The position numbers and the translations under genes are program-made. Under the pieces are notes generated by a model. It ran no database searches. It saw only the letters and a list, made by a program, of their open reading frames with translations, and had not been told where the DNA came from. From Candidatus Micrarchaeia archaeon (GTDB lineage: Archaea > Micrarchaeota > Micrarchaeia > Micrarchaeales > CABMGC01): a stretch of DNA of 19,162 nucleotides. Of the stretch, positions 1-7,574 are shown piece after piece. Positions within the stretch are counted from its first letter, which is position 1; each line of letters opens with the position of its first letter. The stretch lies in contig JBMFUT010000015.1 of assembly GCA_049966395.1 (NCBI GenBank), forward strand, positions 1 to 19,162, given 5' to 3'.

Positions 1-1
1 T

Positions 2-2356
2 AATTACCATGGTAATTTCTATCCTATAGGACCCGCAATGAGCTTAGCGCTCAACGTTAGCACTTCTTCGTCTAGCGACAAGTTGTATGTCTGCCAGGGC
101 TCTGACAATGTTCTTACCGGCTTTTCGCCTGACTATGTTTATAATACAAGCATGTCTGTAAATTACAATGATACAATAGACATAAAATTCGGCAATTACA
201 TCAATGGCATTTACAATCCAAACCTCGCTGACGAGCTCCTAATTACTAGGATGAATGTGGAAAATTACACCAAGCTATTTGGAGGCAATTCCCCATACAG
301 CTGTTATACTTCCAACTATAGCGTAAGCAACAAAGTAAACAACAACGCTCAAAGCAACGTATGCGCCTACATGCCTTCGGTTAAGTACATGAGCGGCCCC
401 GTGTACACTCTTGCTAATCCATTCAAGTACTTGGAAAACCTAGGCTCAGACAACTTCCTGACTTTGGAAGGATACTACGGATCAGAATTTGGAGGGCAGC
501 ACTCGCCCGGCTACAGCAACTCTACTATAAACAGCACAATAAGCTCTAATCTTACCCGCACTGAAAACGCGTTCAGCAACAATGCCACTGTGAACGTGTC
601 CACGCTGCAATCGGAAGGGCTGCTGCTCAACCAACAACATCTTACCAGCGCTATATCTGGATATGTAATGGTGCCTTACACCTACACTTACACTATAACG
701 CAGCAGAGGAACAACTTCGTGCTCATAAGCTCAAATACTCCGACAGGTGAAAGCTGCCCGAGCCCGAGCAGCCTTGACTACGGCCCAGTTACTACTACAC
801 AAACATATTACACTTACGCGCTAGTCGATGGCAGTTCTAACCAGCTTGTTGCTCCGGTAGAAGGGGGCGCGACTTACCTGCAATATCTATACAACAGTAA
901 GTACTATGTGCCAAACCTTTCAGACCTAGGGCTCATAATACCTCCTCAGATACTTTACAACCTCAGGAACAACAGGCTTTTCGGCTACTCGTCAGTTTCG
1001 CTTTGGACGCCTCCTTATTGGACCCCCCTCAATCCTCCTCAGGAACTGCCAGAATACATAGACTGGGGCCTGGCTCTGAATGCAACTGATGCATTTGACT
1101 ATGGTATAAGCATATACAATCAGAGCTTCGGCGGAGGCACTTACCCTGCGTATGAAAACATATACTCTAGCAACATAGGGCCTTTGTACGGCCAGAGCGC
1201 TCTAAGCAAAATATATACCTCTTTCTTCCTCGCAGACAACATACAATACTTCTCCAGCCAACCGATATTGCCTAACTTTGCAGCGCTGTTTGATTGGTAT
1301 AAGGAGGAAGCGTACCTTGGTCAATTGTATACAACACTCAACTCCACGAATTATGGCGCATACAACTTGCTAGGGTTCAAAAGATTGATTTACATGTTCA
1401 ACGACAGGTTCAACAACACCATATACATGCCGCTAGACGCAGACATAGCCAATATTACTACAATCAACCTGAAGGTCACTCCCGTGGTGAAAGAGAGCAA
1501 TGCAAACTTTACCAAAATAACAATAAATGGCACCGTTGGATATTACACTTACTTTGGTCAGAAGTTCACGCCGCTGCAGGGAGGTCATATTTACTTGTAC
1601 TATGGCAGCGACATAAACTTTGTTGGTTACAACGCGCTGCAGTATCCTGCAAACGCGACACTGTGCGAATACGGCAGCAACGCGATAACGCAAAGCAGCA
1701 ACTGCATTCTTTCTAACCCTATATGGACTGGGCTCCAGGCAAATGCAAACGTCACTACTTACGCGCCCTCTTTCAATGCCAGTGGGGAGTGTTCAATGCC
1801 TTCCAATTCGCTCTTGACGCCTGTAAACTCGATTTACACTCTGTGCAACATATACGCCAGCAATAAATTCGGATTGTCGCAGTTCTGCCCTCCAACTGGA
1901 GTGGGCAAACAGCAATTCTGCCTTCCTCTGTTCTCTAACGGCACTGGAATATGCACGTCGCAGATAGGATTGATTAACATATCTACCACAAACAGCTACG
2001 GCAATTTTTCTTACACCACAAATGCTTGTGGCATACAGCAGAACATACCGATAATTGCGAAATTCTACGGTTTGCCTCCGCCAGAGCCAATATATTCAAA
2101 TGTCATACTTCTTGGGCAAAGCGCGCTTGATCCTTATGACGCGTCGCAGTATGTTTCTTACAATGTCGAGATGATCAACTACACTTGGTCGCCGGCAGAG
2201 GCAGCATCAACAATAGACATAGGAATGGTGCTTCTCTCCTTCGGCAGCATCGAGGAGCTTTCGATATTTGCTTCGGTGGCGCTCGCCGCGGCAATACTGC
2301 TGGCGCAGATGTATTTGTCCTCCAAGAAAAGGATTGGCAATGACCGCAATGCCTGA
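2..2356 (+). CDS. Large Cys-rich, probably glycosylated surface protein with C-terminal membrane anchor (5'-truncated by window edge)
   Basis: The frame is open from position 2 (NYHGNFYPIGPA precedes Met at 38), so the true start is probably upstream of the window. Rich in Y/N/S/T, few charged residues, many N-X-S/T sequons, clustered Cys in the C-terminal third. Ends in a hydrophobic segment (LSIFASVALAAAILLAQMYL) followed by a basic tail (KKR). Confidence 0.8.
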   Translation, partial: NYHGNFYPIGPAMSLALNVSTSSSSDKLYVCQGSDNVLTGFSPDYVYNTSMSVNYNDTIDIKFGNYINGIYNPNLADELLITRMNVENYTKLFGGNSPYSCYTSNYSVSNKVNNNAQSNVCAYMPSVKYMSGPVYTLANPFKYLENLGSDNFLTLEGYYGSEFGGQHSPGYSNSTINSTISSNLTRTENAFSNNATVNVSTLQSEGLLLNQQHLTSAISGYVMVPYTYTYTITQQRNNFVLISSNTPTGESCPSPSSLDYGPVTTTQTYYTYALVDGSSNQLVAPVEGGATYLQYLYNSKYYVPNLSDLGLIIPPQILYNLRNNRLFGYSSVSLWTPPYWTPLNPPQELPEYIDWGLALNATDAFDYGISIYNQSFGGGTYPAYENIYSSNIGPLYGQSALSKIYTSFFLADNIQYFSSQPILPNFAALFDWYKEEAYLGQLYTTLNSTNYGAYNLLGFKRLIYMFNDRFNNTIYMPLDADIANITTINLKVTPVVKESNANFTKITINGTVGYYTYFGQKFTPLQGGHIYLYYGSDINFVGYNALQYPANATLCEYGSNAITQSSNCILSNPIWTGLQANANVTTYAPSFNASGECSMPSNSLLTPVNSIYTLCNIYASNKFGLSQFCPPTGVGKQQFCLPLFSNGTGICTSQIGLINISTTNSYGNFSYTTNACGIQQNIPIIAKFYGLPPPEPIYSNVILLGQSALDPYDASQYVSYNVEMINYTWSPAEAASTIDIGMVLLSFGSIEELSIFASVALAAAILLAQMYLSSKKRIGNDRNA

Positions 2357-2363
2357 AAAGTAA

Positions 2364-2687
2364 TCACACTTTGTATACTGCGCTCCCTTGCTCCACTTTC
2401 CATTTGAGCTTTATCCCTACGTCGTCGCCTGCCTCGGCTGACTGGACGTCGTTCCTGTTTATCTGCATGCTTTCGACCTTTTGCCTTATGGATGCGCTTT
2501 CATCTCCGATTTCTATTGTGTCGCCGATTGAGAGCTCCCCTTCAAGCCTTATTGCTGCAACACCCAGCTTGTCATAGAAGCGCTCGACAACACCTATGCG
2601 AACTTTTTCTTGCACGTGGTGCTGGGAAGATGATCTTGCCTCCCTGGCTTCCAAATCAGACATTACGTCATCGAGATCGATGCCCAT
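2364..2687 (-). CDS. Small EF-Tu domain II-like beta-barrel protein ('translation elongation factor-like protein')
   Basis: 107 aa. The pattern IGVVERFYDKLGVAAIRLEGELSIGDTIEI...QKVESMQINRNDVQSAEAGDDVGIKL...VYKV matches the stand-alone translation-factor barrel / U32 C-terminal-like family. BRE/TATA-like GCAAAAATGCTTTAAG lies ~22 nt upstream on the minus strand. Confidence 0.75.
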   Translation of the reverse strand: MGIDLDDVMSDLEAREARSSSQHHVQEKVRIGVVERFYDKLGVAAIRLEGELSIGDTIEIGDESASIRQKVESMQINRNDVQSAEAGDDVGIKLKWKVEQGSAVYKV

Positions 2688-2730
2688 GATTACACATCGC
2701 AGATAATGCTTAAAGCATTTTTGCCATTTT

Positions 2731-3081
2731 TCAGACTTTGTTGCTCAGCGAATATTCTAGTATAGAAAGCGATATCACCAAAGACGTACCGGATGCAAGA
2801 AGACCTGCAATGCTCATAGAAATTGTGCTGTATCCTACGCCTGCTGCCGAAAAAAATGCCAGTGATAGACTTGAATAGGTGCCAATTCCAAATCGCTCCT
2901 TTCTCGCTGCATTCTTCGCTGATATCAGCAGCGAGACTTTTTTTGTTGCTTCATTTTCTCTGAAGAGGTGCAACCTGCCCAAATCAGATACAAGTATATC
3001 GCTGCTATTTGCAGAATGCCCTTTCTCTTCAGCTGCAGGGCGGAGCGCTTGAAAAATAGGGCTAGTTTTTTGGAATTCCAT
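2731..3081 (-). CDS. Hypothetical membrane protein (about two C-terminal hydrophobic helices)
   Basis: ORF fills the gap between genes. ATG at 3081 (MEFQKT...) is preferred over the TTG at 3126, which lies in AT-rich promoter DNA. The C-terminal ~45 aa are hydrophobic and G/S/A-rich. Confidence 0.55.
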   Translation of the reverse strand: MEFQKTSPIFQALRPAAEEKGHSANSSDILVSDLGRLHLFRENEATKKVSLLISAKNAARKERFGIGTYSSLSLAFFSAAGVGYSTISMSIAGLLASGTSLVISLSILEYSLSNKV

Positions 3082-3149
3082 TGCTATACTATTGCATGGA
3101 AAAAAAATTTTAATATTTCTTAGCAAAAGTATTGCAAATCTCTGGCGCT

Positions 3150-3170
3150 TGCGAAATGTATTTATAGATA
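3150..3170 (+). promoter_or_regulatory. Putative BRE/TATA promoter of rpl15e-acyP-pcc1
   Basis: CGAAA followed by TATTTATA in the AT-rich divergent intergenic region; SD-like GGTG at 3247-3250 before ATG 3256. Confidence 0.45.
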
Positions 3171-3255
3171 TTGCAGTGCTATATTAGAATGCTTGCACGG
3201 TTGCGCTGCTTGTTTATGCCGCCTTGCAATTGCTTTGATTTACACTGGTGTAGAT

Positions 3256-3822
3256 ATGGGAGCTTACAAGTATATCAGCAAGACGTTTCAGGAAGAGTAC
3301 AAAGGGCGTTCCTCTGAGCTCAGGGGAAGGCTTGTAACATGGCGCTCAGAGCCTTCTGTGAACAGGATAGCAAGGCCGACCAACATAGCGAGGGCAAGGG
3401 AACTTGGGTACAAGGCAAAACCAGGAGTGGTAGTGGCCAGAGTAAGGATAAGGAGAGGGCTCTCTATGAAACAGAAGCCACGCGGAGGCAGGAAGCCTTC
3501 CAAGAGCGGCAGGTATTTTGCCTACCGCAAGTCGGAGCAGGCGATAGCCGAGGAACGCGCCGCAAGGGCCTTCAGCAACTGCGAAGCGCTTAATTCTTAT
3601 TTTGTCGGCGAAGATGGAAATTACAAATTCTACGAAGTCATACTCGTAGATAGGTCGCACCCATCCATTTCAAGCAGCAAGGAATATTCTGCAATGCTTT
3701 CGCAACGGGGCCGCGCATACAGGGGGCTAACTTCTTCAGGCAGAAAGCACAGGGGAATAATGCACAAGGGATTCGGCACTAACAAGAACAGGCCGAGCAT
3801 CAGGTCAAATACAAGGCAGTAA
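3256..3822 (+). CDS. rpl15e: 50S ribosomal protein eL15 (L15e)
   Basis: MGAYKYI start, RIARPTNIARARELGYKAKPG, RGGRKP, IAEERAAR, LNSYFVGEDGNYKFYEVILVD, RGRAYRGLTSSGRKHRG. ATG 3256 has an SD; the TTG at 3193 in the ORF track is too far upstream. Confidence 0.97.
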   Translation: MGAYKYISKTFQEEYKGRSSELRGRLVTWRSEPSVNRIARPTNIARARELGYKAKPGVVVARVRIRRGLSMKQKPRGGRKPSKSGRYFAYRKSEQAIAEERAARAFSNCEALNSYFVGEDGNYKFYEVILVDRSHPSISSSKEYSAMLSQRGRAYRGLTSSGRKHRGIMHKGFGTNKNRPSIRSNTRQ

Positions 3823-3824
3823 GC

Positions 3825-4112
3825 ATGCGCGCGACCATCATAGTGAAAGGCAAGGTCCAGGGCGTCGGATACAGATGGTTTGTTAGGCAAAGCGCAAAAG
3901 GTATAGGCATAAAATGCGCGGCGCGAAACCTCAAAGACGGTTCCGTTGAGATTTTCGCAGAGGGCGAAAAGGACAGCATAAATGGCATTGTTTCGCTGCT
4001 TAAAAATAGAAAGCCGCCAGCCGCGTCTGTTGATTCTATTGAAGTCTACGAGGAGGGAAGCAATAATTACAGAGGGCCTTTTGACAACGGCGCCGACGAG
4101 GTGGTGGTTTGA
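3825..4112 (+). CDS. acyP: Acylphosphatase
   Basis: GKVQGVGYRWF phosphate-binding loop with catalytic Arg, and ARNLKDGSVE with catalytic Asn; 95 aa. Confidence 0.93.
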   Translation: MRATIIVKGKVQGVGYRWFVRQSAKGIGIKCAARNLKDGSVEIFAEGEKDSINGIVSLLKNRKPPAASVDSIEVYEEGSNNYRGPFDNGADEVVV

Positions 4113-4363
4113 TTGATACAGAGAGGAAGGCGGCGCGCTTTGAGGCAAACATAAATATTTATATAGATAAACGTGCAAAGGATTACACGTTGCTCTTTGA
4201 CAAGGTGAAATACAAAAGGAGCGGCGCCGACGTGAAGGTCGACGGCGGAAGGATATCTATCAAGATATCGGCGAGAGACGCCACGGCGCTTTTTGCCACG
4301 ATAAACAGTGTAATGAAACAATTCGCGATAATATCGAAAACCGAGAAGCTGCTGGAGCAGTAG
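4109..4363 (+). CDS. pcc1: KEOPS complex subunit Pcc1-like protein
   Basis: 84 aa; RS...VKVDGGRISIKISARDATALFATINSVMKQF fits the Pcc1 pattern (RS..v......l.i.i.A.D..aLRA..Ns). The TTG start overlaps the acyP stop (TTGA), with SD GAGGTG upstream. Confidence 0.72.
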   Translation: MIDTERKAARFEANINIYIDKRAKDYTLLFDKVKYKRSGADVKVDGGRISIKISARDATALFATINSVMKQFAIISKTEKLLEQ

Positions 4364-4377
4364 CAATATATAAATAT
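4364..4377 (+). promoter_or_regulatory. Putative TATA box of the rpl3 (S10-like) operon
   Basis: TATATAAATA starting at 4367, ~75 nt upstream of the rpl3 ATG. Confidence 0.5.
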
Positions 4378-4448
4378 TTTCAGCCATAATCAAAAATACT
4401 TTCTCCACAATCAAGGGAAACACAGCTAAAAGCAAAAAGGTAAGTACA

Positions 4449-5414
4449 ATGAGAAGAGGTTCGCTAGAGTACTGGCCACACAGGAGAGCACAAAGACAAA
4501 TGCCAAGAGTGAGGTCTTGGCCTAGCATAGCCGAGCAGTTGCCTGAGGGCATTGTTGGAGTAAAGGTTGGTATGACGCACGTCGCCATGATTGACAATTC
4601 CGAAGGGCCTTCGAAGGGAAGCGAAATTGTTAGGGGCGCAACTGTCGTCGAAATACCTAAGATTTATTTCTACGGTATCAGGCTGTATGACAAGGGCTAC
4701 GCAGGATACAGAAAAACGTCTAAAGATATTTACGCTAAGCAGCAGATAGGCTCTTTGCACTTCAAGGAGTCTAAGAATGCAGTTGAAAGCATAAGCAACA
4801 TTAAGGAGGAGCTGCCTAAGTATTCTGATCTTACTGCACTTATGTTTGCAGATCTTTCAACGCTTCATACAGGAAACAAAAAGATAATGAGGTTCGAAGT
4901 TGGGATAGGCGGAAAAGACATCGAGGAAAAATTTGCAACTGCAGAAAAGTTCTTCGGGAAGCAGGTAAAGGTTTCAGACTTATTCAAGGGAGGCGAGCTT
5001 GTAGACGTCACGGCAATAACGAAGGGCAGGGGATGGGCAGGCGTTATAAAGAGGTACGGAGTTGCAAGGTTGGCAAGGAAAGCAACTAATAAGATAAGGC
5101 ACGTAGGTACACTTGGCCCTTGGCATCCTCCAAAGGTGCTTTATACTGTGCCGCAGGCGGGCCACATGGGTTACAACTACAGAACCGAGACAAACAAGAG
5201 AATACTTAAGATAGGTTCGGAATCAGAGAGCAGCGCAATAAACGTGAAGGGAGGATTCACGAACTATGGAGAAGTGCACGGCGATTACATTATCGTTGAG
5301 GGATCTCTGCCAGGCGTTGCAAAGCGCATCGTGAGGATAAGGAAGGCGCTGAGAAGCAGAGCGCAGCCGAAGGATGTGCAGCTTACATACGTGTCTTTGA
5401 AATCTAAGGGATGA
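4449..5414 (+). CDS. rpl3: 50S ribosomal protein uL3
   Basis: RRGSLEYWPHRRA, GVKVGMTHV, VDVTAITKGRGWAGVIKRYG, RHVGTLGPWHP, TVPQAGHMGYNYRTETNKRI, GGFTNYG. Confidence 0.98.
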   Translation: MRRGSLEYWPHRRAQRQMPRVRSWPSIAEQLPEGIVGVKVGMTHVAMIDNSEGPSKGSEIVRGATVVEIPKIYFYGIRLYDKGYAGYRKTSKDIYAKQQIGSLHFKESKNAVESISNIKEELPKYSDLTALMFADLSTLHTGNKKIMRFEVGIGGKDIEEKFATAEKFFGKQVKVSDLFKGGELVDVTAITKGRGWAGVIKRYGVARLARKATNKIRHVGTLGPWHPPKVLYTVPQAGHMGYNYRTETNKRILKIGSESESSAINVKGGFTNYGEVHGDYIIVEGSLPGVAKRIVRIRKALRSRAQPKDVQLTYVSLKSKG

Positions 5415-6205
5415 TTATGCAGGTAGACATTTGCAAGATAGACGGCACTGCAATTGGAAAGGCTGAGCTTCCGCAAGCGTTCAGCAAGGGTTTCCATGAG
5501 CATCTTGTCAGAAGGGCGCTCCTCGCGGAGCAGAGCCTGAAATACCAGCCGCAGGGCCACTATGTGCTTGCAGGAATGCAGACAACAGCTGCGTATATAG
5601 GAAGAATGAACAGCTACAGGACAGGCAGGCACATGGGCATTGCAATCAGGCCGAGGCAAAAGCTGGGCGGAGGAGCTATGGGTGACGTTAGAAGGATACC
5701 TTCGAGTGTAAAAGGCAGAAGGGCGCACCCTCATACTGTTAACAAAAAAATTGCTGAACTCATAAATGCAAAGGAATACAGGGAAGCGCTAAAATCTGCA
5801 ATATCTGGCGCCGTTAGCTCTGAGGTAAGGGAAAGAATAGGAAGGGAAATGCCTATAATTGTAGAGGACAAAATAGAGAGCATAGTAAAGACCAAGGAGC
5901 TTGTCAATGTGCTTTACGCTCTTGGGCTAGGGAATGATTTGGAGAAATCGCACAAGCCAAAACTGAGGAAAGGGCTTACTGCTTCAAAGTCAAGAATAAG
6001 GAAGTTCAGGAAAAGCGTGCTTATAGTAGCCAAGGATGCTTCAAAGCTTGAGATTGCCGGAGCCAACATACCCGGAGTTGACGTTTGCAGCGTTTCTGAA
6101 CTGAGCGTAGTGAAACTTGCACCAGGCGCGGCTCCTAGGCCGATGATCTGGAGCGAAGCCGCAATCAAGGAATTAGATTCGGCAATAGGAAAGAGGAGGT
6201 TGTAA
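5411..6205 (+). CDS. rpl4: 50S ribosomal protein uL4
   Basis: LVRRA, AGMQTTA, KGRRAHP, INAKE, ANIPGVDV, LAPGAAPRPMIWSE. ATGA overlap with rpl3; alternative start at 5417. Confidence 0.96.
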   Translation: MIMQVDICKIDGTAIGKAELPQAFSKGFHEHLVRRALLAEQSLKYQPQGHYVLAGMQTTAAYIGRMNSYRTGRHMGIAIRPRQKLGGGAMGDVRRIPSSVKGRRAHPHTVNKKIAELINAKEYREALKSAISGAVSSEVRERIGREMPIIVEDKIESIVKTKELVNVLYALGLGNDLEKSHKPKLRKGLTASKSRIRKFRKSVLIVAKDASKLEIAGANIPGVDVCSVSELSVVKLAPGAAPRPMIWSEAAIKELDSAIGKRRL

Positions 6206-6206
6206 A

Positions 6207-6458
6207 ATGAAGGTTCTCATGTATCCAGTGTCTACGGAAAAAGCAATAAACATGATAAACAAGGATAATATTATCACTTTTGTCGTTGATTCAAGGGCCA
6301 AGAAGACTGAGATTGTGAAAGACTTCGAATCCACTTTCGGAGTCAAGGTAAAGGACATATCTACTATGGTCTCGCCGCAGAATACAAAGAAGGCATTCAT
6401 AAGGCTGGCCCCAGAATACAAGGCTACTGACATAGCAATAAAGCTCAAACTGGTGTAA
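6207..6458 (+). CDS. rpl23: 50S ribosomal protein uL23
   Basis: YPVSTEKA, ITFVVDSRAKKTEI, FGVKV, KKAFIRL; expected position in the operon. Confidence 0.97.
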   Translation: MKVLMYPVSTEKAINMINKDNIITFVVDSRAKKTEIVKDFESTFGVKVKDISTMVSPQNTKKAFIRLAPEYKATDIAIKLKLV

Positions 6459-6460
6459 AG

Positions 6461-7177
6461 ATGGGAAAGAGGCTCAAGCAACAGAGGCGCGGAAAGGGCA
6501 GCAATGCATATACTAAGCCACCGCACTATTCAAAAGCGGATGTCGTTTTCGGAGCGCCGCACGAATCGACAGTTTATGGTGAGGTAATAGAGCTTGTTGA
6601 CGATCCAGGGCACACCGCTCCACTGATGAGAGTAAAGTATGAGGACATGAGCGAGAGGCTCCTCATTGCCCCTGAAGGAATAATGGTGGGCAACAAAATA
6701 GAGGACGGACCTAACGCTTCGATTGCCATAGGCAATATAATGCCACTGAGCGCAATACAGGACGGTAGCGCAATATACAATATTGAGATAACCCCAGGGG
6801 ATGGAGGAAAGATGGTTAGGGCGGCGGGTTCTTATGCTACAATAGTTTCCCACGTAGACAACAAAGTTACAGTCCTTTTGCCTTCGAAGCAGCAAATAGA
6901 TTTAGACGGAAGCTGCAGGGCCGAGATAGGCGTAGTGGCAGGCGGAGGAATGGAGCAGCAGCCGATAATGAAAGCCGGAAAGAATCACTATATAAAGCAC
7001 GCAATAAACGCCACGTGGCCAAAGAACAGGGGAGTAAAGTCCAACCCTGTAGACCATCCATTCGGAGGTAAGCAGCACCACAAGGGAACATCGTCAATGG
7101 TTTCGCGCAATGCACCGCCTGGCGCAAAGGTCGGCCACATAGCGGCGAGGCGTGTAGGAAGAAGAAAGAGAGGCTGA
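6461..7177 (+). CDS. rpl2: 50S ribosomal protein uL2
   Basis: MGKRLKQQRRGKG, DPG, PGDGGKMVRAAG, NPVDHPFGG, APPGAKVGHIAARRVGR. Confidence 0.98.
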   Translation: MGKRLKQQRRGKGSNAYTKPPHYSKADVVFGAPHESTVYGEVIELVDDPGHTAPLMRVKYEDMSERLLIAPEGIMVGNKIEDGPNASIAIGNIMPLSAIQDGSAIYNIEITPGDGGKMVRAAGSYATIVSHVDNKVTVLLPSKQQIDLDGSCRAEIGVVAGGGMEQQPIMKAGKNHYIKHAINATWPKNRGVKSNPVDHPFGGKQHHKGTSSMVSRNAPPGAKVGHIAARRVGRRKRG

Positions 7178-7181
7178 TTAA

Positions 7182-7574
7182 ATGGCAAGGGTATTCACAT
7201 TCAGGGGCAAAAGCATTGAAGAGTTGCAGGGCATGAGCATAGCCGACTTCGGCATGCTGCTTAAATCCAGGCAGCGCAGGGCGCTGCTCCGCATGGGCAT
7301 CGGCTACAAGAGCCTGATCAAGAAGGTTGAAAAGGCAAAGAAGAGCGGCTCCGAAAAGGTCATAAAGACCCATGCAAGGGAAGCCGTGATATTGCCAAGC
7401 TGGATAGGGATGAAGTTTGCAGTGCACAACGGCAAGGAGTTCAAGGAGATGCTCATAACTCCTGAAATGCTTGGCCACAGGCTAGGAGAATTCGCATTTA
7501 CTACTAAGAGAGTGTTGCACTCAGCGCCTGGCATCAGGGCGACGAGGGGCAGCAAGTTCCTCGCGGTGAAGTAA
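7182..7574 (+). CDS. rps19: 30S ribosomal protein uS19
   Basis: FTFRGKSIEEL, RQRR, IKTHAREAVILP, HNGKEF, EMLGHRLGEFAFT, PGIRATRGSKF. Confidence 0.98.
   Translation: MARVFTFRGKSIEELQGMSIADFGMLLKSRQRRALLRMGIGYKSLIKKVEKAKKSGSEKVIKTHAREAVILPSWIGMKFAVHNGKEFKEMLITPEMLGHRLGEFAFTTKRVLHSAPGIRATRGSKFLAVK

Noticed and set aside
3193..3255. 21-aa N-terminal extension of eL15 from the TTG at 3193
   Set aside because: The family N-terminus (MGAYKYI) begins at ATG 3256, which has an SD; the upstream stretch is better read as 5' UTR.
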